NCBI GenBank assembly: GCA_964361095.1
Contig: CAYHZA010000004.1
Coordinates: 2,236-66,235 of the forward strand
Reading direction: 5' to 3'
Length of the DNA stretch: 64,000 bases
From: an uncultured Candidatus Saccharibacteria bacterium
GTDB taxonomy: Bacteria; Patescibacteriota; Minisyncoccia; UBA6257; 2-01-FULL-56-20
Shown here: positions 8,062-15,896 of the stretch, in pieces
Layout of the letters: each line of letters begins with the position of its first letter
How positions within the stretch are numbered: position 1 is the stretch's first letter
The notes under the pieces: model-generated
The model's input: the letters and a program-made list of their open reading frames with translations, nothing else
Databases searched by the model: none
Told to the model about the DNA's origin: nothing
Made by a program: the position numbers and the translations under genes

Positions 8062-8718
8062 ATGAAGATACGAGTCAATATCAATCTCCAGATCGGACGC
8101 GTCGTGAAGTATTTTATTTTAGTTGACCTTTTTTTGCTCGCGGGCTGGGGGCTTATCGACCCCATTTTTTCCATTTTTATCGTGGAGAATATACCCGGGG
8201 CGACCGTGGTTACCGTAGGCGCGGTGGCGGGAATGTATTGGATCCTCAAATCGGCGATCCAATTGCCTATTGCGAAATATCTCGATCGGACGCCGGGCGA
8301 AAAAGATGATTTCTACTGCCTCATCCTCGGACTTCTCGTGGTTTCCGCCTCCGCGTTCGGATTCGTCTTGGTGCGTGAGATTTGGCAGTTGTATCTCGTC
8401 CAAGCCATTAAGTCCCTTGGATTCGCTCTCTACGCCGCCTCGTGGCCCACTATCTTTTCCCGACATCTCGATAAAGAGAAGGTGTCGTTTGACTGGGCGC
8501 TCGACTCGACCGCGGTGAGTCTTTCCGCCGGAGCGAGTGGATTTTTGGGAGGCGTTATAGCGAATAGCTTCGGTTTTCCCACTGTTTTTCTCGCGGGCGC
8601 GTTCTTCTCCTTCGTTTCGGCGCTTGTTTTGCTCGCGGTTCCCGACCTGGTGCTTCCCAAGGTGAGCAAGTCCGAGTCGCTTATCAAGGATCATGGTCCG
8701 GTGAATCTCGGGAGATAA
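8062..8718 (+). CDS. hypothetical polytopic membrane protein
   Basis: 218-aa ORF with about 6 predicted hydrophobic helices. Confidence 0.5.
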   Translation: MKIRVNINLQIGRVVKYFILVDLFLLAGWGLIDPIFSIFIVENIPGATVVTVGAVAGMYWILKSAIQLPIAKYLDRTPGEKDDFYCLILGLLVVSASAFGFVLVREIWQLYLVQAIKSLGFALYAASWPTIFSRHLDKEKVSFDWALDSTAVSLSAGASGFLGGVIANSFGFPTVFLAGAFFSFVSALVLLAVPDLVLPKVSKSESLIKDHGPVNLGR

Positions 8719-8759
8719 TCTCCGCTATCCTAGAACGTGTTACAATTCCTGAAATAGTT

Positions 8760-9275
8760 ATGACGGCGCCCATCAAGGAAACAAAAGAACCCCCGAAACT
8801 TCAGCAGAAAATAAAGAAGCAAATAGTTGCGGGATTTGTCGTTTATCGTCGCACGCACGAAGGCACGAAGTTTTTGCTTTTGTATCGGCGGGGGAACTAT
8901 TGGAATTTTCCCAAGGGACATTTTGAAGAAGGAGAGCATGACCTCGATACCGCGCTTCGGGAAACCGAGGAAGAGACGGGACTTAAGCACTCGGATCTGC
9001 GCATCGTTCCGGGATTCCGCACTTTCGAGCGATTTTCTTTCCGCCGCGGCACACAAACAATTCACGACACGGTCATACTCTATCTCGCGGAAACGAAAAA
9101 TCCTCGCATTACCATTTCGCCTCGCGAACACAGCGGGTATGCTTGGTTTTTTTATCAAGACGCTCTCAAGGTTCTCGGAAATAAATACGTCGGCACGAAG
9201 CGAGTTTTGAAACAGGCATATGACTTCATTCACCACAAGGGTCCTCACGGTCGTCGCCCGAATCCCGCGCGGTAA
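8760..9275 (+). CDS. NUDIX hydrolase
   Basis: Nudix box GHFEEGEHDLDTALRETEEETGL (G-x5-E-x7-REUxEExGU). Confidence 0.8.
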   Translation: MTAPIKETKEPPKLQQKIKKQIVAGFVVYRRTHEGTKFLLLYRRGNYWNFPKGHFEEGEHDLDTALRETEEETGLKHSDLRIVPGFRTFERFSFRRGTQTIHDTVILYLAETKNPRITISPREHSGYAWFFYQDALKVLGNKYVGTKRVLKQAYDFIHHKGPHGRRPNPAR

Positions 9276-9480
9276 GACGCTCACATACAAAGAAGTTGCG
9301 CGCCGTGCGGGCAATCCCCGCGCGTACAGGGCGGTCGGCACTATTTTGAATCGCTACGATTCAAAAAAAATTAAAGTGCCGTGTCATCGTGTGGTGCGAT
9401 CCGACGGTATGATAGGCGGTTATCGTTGGGGATCGCGAAAAAAAATAAGCTTGCTTCGTAAAGAAAAAGCGATTCCTTAG
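9220..9480 (+). CDS. MGMT-family (O6-alkylguanine-DNA alkyltransferase-like) DNA-binding protein
   Basis: IPRGKTLTYKEVARRAGNPRAYRAVGTILNRYD...PCHRVV matches the methylated-DNA-protein-cysteine methyltransferase C-terminal domain, including the PCHR active-site motif. Confidence 0.75.
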   Translation: MTSFTTRVLTVVARIPRGKTLTYKEVARRAGNPRAYRAVGTILNRYDSKKIKVPCHRVVRSDGMIGGYRWGSRKKISLLRKEKAIP

Positions 9481-9824
9481 GAAATCGCTTTTTCTACAAT
9501 CTTTTTGAATATCGCCGGTTCGCGTTTCGCGAGATCGGCAAGAGTTTTTCGGTCAAGGAGTATCTTCTGTTTTTTCAAAGCCGCGATGAGCTTGCTGTAG
9601 GAAATGCCTATTTCACGGGAGGCGGCGTTGATTTGCACGTTCCACAATGTGCGGAAGACGCGTTTCTTTTCTTTCCGGCCTCGGAACTTTCGGGAAAGCG
9701 CGTGAAGAAGCGCCTCTTTCGCGGCGCGCTCCTTGGATTTTCTGCTCCAGCGAAATCCTTTCGTGAGCTTTAGGAGCTTTTCCCTCTTTTTATGGGCTAT
9801 GGTACCTCGTTTGACTCGTGGCAT
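9477..9824 (-). CDS. rplT: 50S ribosomal protein L20
   Basis: MPRVKRGTIAHKKREKLLKLTKGF...WNVQINAASREIGISYSKLIAALKK matches L20 along its whole length. Confidence 0.9.
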   Translation of the reverse strand: MPRVKRGTIAHKKREKLLKLTKGFRWSRKSKERAAKEALLHALSRKFRGRKEKKRVFRTLWNVQINAASREIGISYSKLIAALKKQKILLDRKTLADLAKREPAIFKKIVEKAIS

Positions 9825-9946
9825 GAACGTAAGTGTAAAGTTTAAAAATCAAAATGTAAAATGACAGTTCAAAAAGCTAAAAATAAAATTTTTGCGGGTT
9901 TTTCGCAAAACACCTAATTTTTTAACTTTGATATTTGATTTTTGCA

Positions 9947-10114
9947 TTAGTAGTTAATTATGGATTTCTTCGGGTGGTCAAGCGACGTATTCTTTCCTTT
10001 TCTGCGGAGTACTTTTTGTGATTTTCTGGTGCGAAAATGATTCACTCCCATCGGGCGCCGAATCATTTTCCCGTTTTTTGTTATCCTGATCCGCTTGGTA
10101 ACGCTCTTCCTCAT
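9947..10114 (-). CDS. rpmI: 50S ribosomal protein L35 (absent from the ORF track, 55 aa)
   Basis: Manual minus-strand translation gives MRKSVTKRIRITKNGKMIRRPMGVNHFRTRKSQKVLRRKGKNTSLDHPKKSIINY. The ATG overlaps the infC stop as ATGA. The infC-rpmI-rplT gene order is conserved. Confidence 0.8.
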   Translation of the reverse strand: MRKSVTKRIRITKNGKMIRRPMGVNHFRTRKSQKVLRRKGKNTSLDHPKKSIINY

Positions 10115-10629
10115 GTTGATTTTTTTACAATTTGAGTGGTAATGCCGAAGCCGCCCTGTTTCGGTTCGCTTATCATTTTATGATCGATAGTTATCATCTT
10201 TAGGAACTCATCGAGCTTATGGAATGCCCAGGGTTTGTTGTATTTCTCTCTTCCGCGGAGACGCACACGAATTTCTACCGGATGCCCTTCGTTCATGAAC
10301 TTCTCCGCCTGCTTCGCTTTGATCAGGAGATCGTTCGCGGCCGCCCGGGCGCTGATTTGTACCTGCTTTATCCCCGTTGATTTTTGCGCGAGTCGGCGTT
10401 CTTTCTTCTCCTCCTTCTCTTTCTGATAGCGGTACTTATCGTAACTCATAAGCCGCGCGACGGGGGGGTGCGCCTGCGGGGCAATTTCAATAAGGTCGGT
10501 ATGCCGCTCCTGCGCCATTGCGAAAGCTTTTTCTCGGCTTAAGACGCCGAGATTTTCTCCCTCTTCGTCAACGACGCGGAGCTCGGGCGCGGTTATCTGG
10601 TTGTTAATTCGTATCGTAGCGATGGTAAT
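10111..10629 (-). CDS. infC: translation initiation factor IF-3 with non-AUG (AUU) start
   Basis: The track ORF (from its first ATG) encodes ...LIEIAPQAHPPVARLMSYDKYRYQKEK.... Upstream in frame the reading is stop-ITIATIRINNQITAPELRVVDEEGENLGVLSREKAFA, which aligns to the IF-3 N-domain. The only in-frame candidates before the domain are ATT/ATC/ATA codons, at 10629 and 10608. Confidence 0.8.
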   Translation of the reverse strand: MTIATIRINNQITAPELRVVDEEGENLGVLSREKAFAMAQERHTDLIEIAPQAHPPVARLMSYDKYRYQKEKEEKKERRLAQKSTGIKQVQISARAAANDLLIKAKQAEKFMNEGHPVEIRVRLRGREKYNKPWAFHKLDEFLKMITIDHKMISEPKQGGFGITTQIVKKST

Positions 10630-10923
10630 CTATATGCGATACGCGCCTCGTTTTCCGTTTGCCATGTGCCTTGTGGTATGAGTACGTAATGCTATGCCGT
10701 GAGTATAACAGGAATATTGGTTTTGACAAGCCCAGACCTCTCTTGAATTAAAAAGGGACCTCGAGTTTTTGAAGTGAGATCCCTGTAGGGTGGGCGTTTG
10801 GTTCACGCCAAGTAATCGTCCGGGCAGCGCCCGTGGGGGTGTGCGGGAAAGAATACTGCCAGGCTCTGCCTTTATAATAGCACTTCAGAATTTTATGTGA
10901 AGTGGATATCCCGCACCGGCTAT

Positions 10924-11871
10924 TTACTTCTTTTTGAGCGCCGCTTGTATCATTTTATCGAGCAATACTTCAAATGAAATTCCTATCGCCGCGGCCGCTT
11001 GGGGATAAAGACTTGTTTCCGTCATTCCCGGGATCGTGTTTGTTTCGAGGACATAGATCGTTCCGTTTTCGGCGACGATCATATCCGTCCGTGACATTCC
11101 GGAGCATCCGAGCGCGTTGTGCGCGGTGAGTGCCGCATTCTCTATTGACTGAATTACTTCCTTTGCGAGGCGGGGAGGTATGATATGCTCCGATCCACCT
11201 GCCGTGTATTTTGCGTGATAGTCATAAAATTCGTGTTCTGGCGAGAGAATTTCTACAGGAGGAAGAGCAGTCGGTTTTTCTCTCTTACCCTCATCGAGTA
11301 CCCCGCAGGACACTTCAACTCCTTTTATATATTGTTGGGCAATAACTGTTGCGTCGTGTTCGAATGCGCGGATGAATGCGTCGTGGAGTCCATTTATATC
11401 TTTAAGAATACTAATTCCCACGCTTGATCCTCCTCGTGATGGTTTTATAACACAGGGGATTCCAAGCGCCGTGATGTTCGCTATGATATTTTTCTGATTC
11501 TCGACCCACTCATTTTTTTTAAAAACGATTTGCTTCGGCACATTTAGTCCGTGGAATGAAAAAAGTTCGGCGGATTTTACCTTGTCCATCGCGAGCGCGC
11601 TCGCGAGGACTCCCGAGCCCGTGTAGGGGATATCCGCTGATTCAAGAATTGCTTGCACGGTGCCGTCTTCCCCGTATGCGCCGTGCAAAGCGATAAAGGC
11701 CACGTCGGTCGCCTCGGGAATCTCCCACTTTTTATTTATGGGAATCACGAGGGGTACGGCGTCATATTTTTCTTTATTGAGATGTTTCAAAATTACCCCG
11801 CCGGTTTTTAATGACACGTCGTGCTCGGAGGAGGGGCCGCCCATGAGGACCGCGATTCGCAACTTTTTCAT
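10924..11871 (-). CDS. ddl: D-alanine--D-alanine ligase
   Basis: Full-length match to Ddl: MKKLRIAVLMGGPSSEHDVSLKTG...GGSSVGISI...ETNTIPGMTETSLYPQAA. Confidence 0.9.
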   Translation of the reverse strand: MKKLRIAVLMGGPSSEHDVSLKTGGVILKHLNKEKYDAVPLVIPINKKWEIPEATDVAFIALHGAYGEDGTVQAILESADIPYTGSGVLASALAMDKVKSAELFSFHGLNVPKQIVFKKNEWVENQKNIIANITALGIPCVIKPSRGGSSVGISILKDINGLHDAFIRAFEHDATVIAQQYIKGVEVSCGVLDEGKREKPTALPPVEILSPEHEFYDYHAKYTAGGSEHIIPPRLAKEVIQSIENAALTAHNALGCSGMSRTDMIVAENGTIYVLETNTIPGMTETSLYPQAAAAIGISFEVLLDKMIQAALKKK

Positions 11872-11972
11872 AGATATATAGTATCCCGAAGAGCGTGATT
11901 TGAAAATAAAAAAACCGCCTGTCCGTAAAGACCAGGCGGCTATGCATGTGAAGAAATCAGAGTGTTCACGGT

Positions 11973-12335
11973 TTAGTGAACCGCTTCGCCAGGGTCCTCT
12001 TCGGCGAAGAACGACTCTTTTTCTGCATGGTCCGCAGAAAAAAGATCAGTGAGAGCTTTGATTTCCCTTACTGTTTCGTTGAAGACGCTCACGGTGATCT
12101 GGGTCGGGAGATCCGCCTCGCAATTGGCGATGGGCGAATTCCTGACTTCCTCTCGGAGATGCGATCCTTCCTCCTTGGAAAGTATCCCGAGCTGTACTCC
12201 GGTCTTGATTGTGATGAATCCATCGTGCTTTGTTCCGAACTCCGGACTATGTCTTCCTTCCGAAGTGACGATCCGGCCGTGATTCTTACATTCATCACAA
12301 AGCTTCAAGTACGCCGCCCGCACGATCAATCCCAT
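11973..12335 (-). CDS. hypothetical protein
   Basis: 120-aa ORF. It has a weak resemblance to GreA-type C-terminal domains (SPIAN motif). The antisense ORF was judged less plausible. Confidence 0.35.
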   Translation of the reverse strand: MGLIVRAAYLKLCDECKNHGRIVTSEGRHSPEFGTKHDGFITIKTGVQLGILSKEEGSHLREEVRNSPIANCEADLPTQITVSVFNETVREIKALTDLFSADHAEKESFFAEEDPGEAVH

Positions 12336-12485
12336 GGTTTTCCCCCTATCGAGAATTGGTTGTCCGATGTGCTTTCGATTTTATATCACGTGGGCTATGT
12401 CCTGTCAATTATTTGTCAAATAAAAAAGGCGGGTGTCCGAAACACGCCGCCTAAGTTGTTTTAATGCCCTCGTTTTGTGGATTTT

Positions 12486-12656
12486 CTAGAGTTCCCGCAG
12501 AATTGATTTTAGGCGAGTGTCTCTTAAGAGAAGAAGCGCGCCGCACCTCCCGCATCGTTCTTCGCTATCTTCCTCACAAGAGGTGTGAGTTGGACCGTAC
12601 GGGCACTTCTCGTGCGGATCGTGGGCAATTTCAAATTCATCAACAAATTTCGCCAT
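12486..12656 (-). CDS. small 4-Cys zinc-ribbon-like protein (56 aa, below the track cutoff)
   Basis: GGAGGAG lies 5 nt upstream of the ATG. Translation is MAKFVDEFEIAHDPHEKCPYGPTHTSCEEDSEERCGRCGALLLLRDTRLKSILREL with four cysteines. Confidence 0.4.
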   Translation of the reverse strand: MAKFVDEFEIAHDPHEKCPYGPTHTSCEEDSEERCGRCGALLLLRDTRLKSILREL

Positions 12657-12724
12657 GGTCTCCTCCCTCCTTTATGTGGAAGATAGTGTGACTGGGCATA
12701 GGTGAATTGACAAGGAACAAAATG

Positions 12725-12752
12725 AAAAACCGCCCTCGAGAAGGCGGTTTTT
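12725..12752. terminator. bidirectional intrinsic terminator hairpin
   Basis: AAAAACCGCC-ctcgagaa-GGCGGTTTTT. Confidence 0.6.
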
Positions 12753-12940
12753 CTAGGTATCTTTTTTTGTACGTTAACTACCGCAACTTCTCGAGTGTGT
12801 TCAAGGTTGGGTAGCTAAAGTAGATGGCAACTGCTCTTTGCATTATGTTTTTATTGTAGCGTTTTGAACCGAGGTGTCAAATGGGGAAGGGAAATTAGAG
12901 CTTCTTAGATGGGCGGAATTTCACGTGGCGAGTCACTCCT

Positions 12941-12971
12941 ATTGCTTTTTTTCGAAAAGTGCGGTATAATT
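12941..12971 (+). promoter_or_regulatory. candidate ssrA promoter (TTGCTT-N17-TATAAT)
   Basis: TTGCTT at 12941 and TATAAT at 12966-12971, about 100 nt upstream of the tmRNA 5' GGGG. Confidence 0.45.
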
Positions 12972-13078
12972 ATCGCTTGAGAATTGAATATGGGGCTCCC
13001 AGTAACATTGCTTTGGTTATTTCGTTATAGAATAACGGAATAGAGTTACTGGGCGCAGCATGCCAAAGCAATGTTACT

Positions 13079-13398
13079 GGGGATGACCGGCTTCGATGGA
13101 AATGCGTCATGAACCGGCGAGCCGAGCGCAGTCTCGTAAATCCTGCAAAATTATTAACTGCCAACTCTAATCGAGTTACAGCTCCAGCGTTCGCTTACGC
13201 GTAACGCAGGACATCGGCTAACTTGTGTCTCTTAGGTTAAATACTGGTGTAATATAAGGAGGCTCGCCAAGCACGTTTCGCTTCGTGATGTGCTCGGCTA
13301 AAAATAGCGAAGCAAAATTCTTGATCCAATCAAGATACGCTCGTAGATAGTTCATCGATAGTATTTTCAGACGGCGGTTCAATTCCGCCCATCTCCAC
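13079..13398 (+). ncRNA. ssrA: tmRNA (SsrA)
   Basis: 5' GGGGATGACCGGCTTCGATGG compares with E. coli GGGGCTGATTCTGGATTCGACGG. The 3' end GACGGCGGTTCAATTCCGCCCATCTCCAC is a tRNA-like T-arm and acceptor. An internal tag ORF GCC AAC ... GCG TAA at 13160-13204 encodes ANSNRVTAPAFAYA*, preceded by CUCGUAAA as in E. coli. smpB lies immediately downstream on the opposite strand. Confidence 0.8.
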
Positions 13399-13400
13399 AA

Positions 13401-13440
13401 ACTAACACAAAGGCCACCCTCGCGGTGGCCTTTGTGTTAG
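13401..13440. terminator. bidirectional terminator shared by ssrA and smpB
   Basis: Perfect hairpin CTAACACAAAGGCCACC-ctcgc-GGTGGCCTTTGTGTTAG. Confidence 0.75.
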
Positions 13441-13476
13441 TGTAGAAATGCCCCGTTTTTTATATACTACAATTTT

Positions 13477-13911
13477 CTACTGCCTGCGCATCTCCCGTTC
13501 CATCGTGCGTTTTTTGAGCACTTCCCGTTTGTCGTGTTGCTTGCGGCTTTTTCCCAAGCCCAATTTTATTTTTACGAATCCGCGCTCAAGGCGCGCCTCA
13601 AGAGGAAGGAGCGTAAGCCCTTTTTCGTGGAGGCGCCCTTCGAGACTTTTTATCTCCGCCTGATGCAGGAGAAGGCGGCGCGTCCGTTTCGGGTCGTATT
13701 CGGGAGGCGCGTTTTTTGGCTGATACGCGGGAATGTCCGCGTTCAAAAGCCACGCTTCGTGATCGCGGATAATGGCATAGCTTCCGGCAAGGCTTATTCT
13801 CCCGTTCTTTACGCTTTTTACTTCGTGCCCTTGGAGCTCAATGCCCGCCTCAAAGCTTTCAAGAATTTCATAGTCGAATCGTGCGCGCCGATTCTCGGAT
13901 AACGCTTTCAT
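13477..13911 (-). CDS. smpB: SsrA-binding protein SmpB
   Basis: Full-length match: RRARFDYEILESFEAGIELQGHEVKSV...RRLLLHQAEI. Confidence 0.9.
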   Translation of the reverse strand: MKALSENRRARFDYEILESFEAGIELQGHEVKSVKNGRISLAGSYAIIRDHEAWLLNADIPAYQPKNAPPEYDPKRTRRLLLHQAEIKSLEGRLHEKGLTLLPLEARLERGFVKIKLGLGKSRKQHDKREVLKKRTMEREMRRQ

Positions 13912-13960
13912 GATACATAGTATACCTCGGCTTCGGTGATTTATCTCACTCCATAAAGCT

Positions 13961-14134
13961 GGTATACTTCTTTAAGATAACGAGTAAAAAAAAAGCAGCG
14001 GTGAGTACGGGGAGGGTGGTGCGGATAGATTGCGGGGAAAGTCTGAAGGGTTGAGTCGCTCGAGGCGCGAGAAGCCGCACTGCAATGCCCTCTCGTCGTG
14101 ATATTGAAGACCGCTGCTTACCTATAAGTATACC
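13961..14134. other. candidate structured RNA element (nested long-range helices), unassigned
   Basis: GGTATACTT (13961-13969) pairs with AAGTATACC (14126-14134). GCAGCGGT (13995-14002) pairs with ACCGCTGC (14110-14117). An inner GGGGAGGGTGGTGCGG pairs with CCGCACTGCAATGCCCTCTC, allowing G-U pairs. It sits in the divergent smpB/argS intergenic region. Confidence 0.35.
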
Positions 14135-14177
14135 AAAGCGAATAAAGAGATATTTAATTTTTCTGTGATCAACTCCT

Positions 14178-15866
14178 ATGCGTGAAAAAATAGCTCAAAT
14201 ACTGAAGAAAAGTGGCCTTTCCGATGCGGATGTAATCGTTTCCGAACGGGAAAATTTTGGGCACTACTCGACGGCGATCGCCATGCGGCTCGCAAAGACG
14301 GAGCACAAAAACCCAATTGAGCTCGCGGAAGAATTTACCCGCCGCATCCGCGAAAGGGCGCCCGCTCATTTTTTTGAAAAAGTGGAAGTGGCGCCGCCAG
14401 GGTTTATTAATTTTTGGATCAATCGCAAAGTTTTGGAGAGTGAATTTCAGAAAATATACAAAGCAAAGAACGTTTACGGAAAAAGTAGCATAGGCAAAAA
14501 TAAAAAAGTTATCGTCGAATATTCCCAGCCGAATATCGCGAAACCGCTTCACGTGGGACATCTTCGCACTACGGTACTTGGCGACGCGCTCGCGAATATG
14601 CACGAACTCGCGGGGTATAAGGTTGTTCGGTGGAATTATCTCGGTGACTGGGGAACGCAGTTCGGAAAAGTTATTGCCGCGTATAAATTATGGGGCAACC
14701 GTGAAGCGTTGCGGAAAAATCCGATCCGCGCGCTCGGGGAACTCTACGCGCGCTTTCACGGTGAAATGAAAGCGCGTCCCGAACTCGAGGAGCAAGGCAG
14801 GGAAGAGTTCAAAAAACTTGAAACCGGAGATAAAGAGAATAAAAAATTGTGGGAATGGTTCAAAAAAGAATCTGTTAAAAAACTGAATGCTCTCTACGCA
14901 ATTCTCGATATAAAATTTGACGTGTGGATCGGCGAGAGTTTTTTCGAGAAAGAACTGCGCCCTCTGGTTGCCGAATTGCTTAAGAAGAATATCGCTAAGA
15001 GAAGCGAGGGGTCTGTTATTGTGTCATTCGGAAACGACGTGCTTCCTCCCGCGCTTATTCAGAAGTCGGATGGCGCGAGCTTATATCTGACGCGTGATAT
15101 CGCGAATTTACGTTATCGTTTAAAGAAGTATAAGCCTCATAAAATTTTGTACGTGGTAGGAAACGAACAGTCGCTTCACTTTGAACAACTTTTCTCCGTG
15201 GCGCGACTTTTGCATATGACAGGTTCCGAGCTCGCGCACGTAAAATACGGATTGGTGCTCGCCGAGGGAGGTAAAAAATTCGCGAGTCGCGAGGGAAGAG
15301 CGGTATTTTTGGAAGATATGTTACGGAAATCAATTACATTGGCGGAGAAGATCGTTTCGGAAAAGAACCCCGCGCTTTCCGCGAGAGAAAAAGAGCGAGT
15401 TGCTCACGCGGTCGGCGTCGGTGCCCTGAAGTACGTAAATCTCAAGGAAAATCGACATTCGGACATAGTTTTTGACTGGGAGCGCATGCTTGATTTCTCG
15501 GGAGACAGTTCCCCTTATCTTCAATATACCTACGCGCGCCTTCAGGGAATTTTACGCAAGGCGGGCAATGTTCGATCATTAGGTGCGCCGGTTTTTGAAA
15601 GTTCCTTAGAACTTCAGATCGTGCGGAAACTCTTGGAATTTCCGGAGGTCATCAAAGAAGGAGTTCTTGGGTATGCCGTAAACGGTCTTACGGCCTATCT
15701 TTATGAACTTGCGGTGCTCGCGAATAAATTTTATGAGATTACGCCCATTATAAAGGATGAGAATCGCGCCCGCCGCGCCTCGCGCCTCGCGCTTGTCGGT
15801 ATGGTGTCCGTGGTTTTAAAGAAGGGACTTGGTCTTTTGGGCATAAAAGTAGTACCTCAAATTTAG
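14178..15866 (+). CDS. argS: arginine--tRNA ligase
   Basis: HIGH-type motif KPLHVGHLRTTVLGDALAN and overall ArgRS architecture at 562 aa. Confidence 0.9.
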   Translation: MREKIAQILKKSGLSDADVIVSERENFGHYSTAIAMRLAKTEHKNPIELAEEFTRRIRERAPAHFFEKVEVAPPGFINFWINRKVLESEFQKIYKAKNVYGKSSIGKNKKVIVEYSQPNIAKPLHVGHLRTTVLGDALANMHELAGYKVVRWNYLGDWGTQFGKVIAAYKLWGNREALRKNPIRALGELYARFHGEMKARPELEEQGREEFKKLETGDKENKKLWEWFKKESVKKLNALYAILDIKFDVWIGESFFEKELRPLVAELLKKNIAKRSEGSVIVSFGNDVLPPALIQKSDGASLYLTRDIANLRYRLKKYKPHKILYVVGNEQSLHFEQLFSVARLLHMTGSELAHVKYGLVLAEGGKKFASREGRAVFLEDMLRKSITLAEKIVSEKNPALSAREKERVAHAVGVGALKYVNLKENRHSDIVFDWERMLDFSGDSSPYLQYTYARLQGILRKAGNVRSLGAPVFESSLELQIVRKLLEFPEVIKEGVLGYAVNGLTAYLYELAVLANKFYEITPIIKDENRARRASRLALVGMVSVVLKKGLGLLGIKVVPQI

Positions 15867-15896
15867 CGTTCGCGATTCACGTTCGCGCTTAATACT

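Noticed and set aside
8730-9341. 203-aa minus-strand ORF
   Set aside because: It is antisense to the NUDIX hydrolase, which has a canonical Nudix box.
10722-10727. TTGACA hexamer on the plus strand
   Set aside because: There is no plus-strand gene downstream for more than 1 kb. The minus-strand TTGTCA/TATACT pair upstream of infC explains the region better.
11976-12464. 162-aa plus-strand ORF
   Set aside because: It overlaps the minus-strand 120-aa ORF. Its composition and lack of a start context make it the less plausible of the pair.
13961-14134. T-box riboswitch interpretation of the element upstream of argS
   Set aside because: Only a partial GGGTGGTGCGG resemblance to the T-box core was seen. 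There is no identifiable specifier loop, AG bulge or terminator/antiterminator alternative. It is kept as an unassigned structured element instead.
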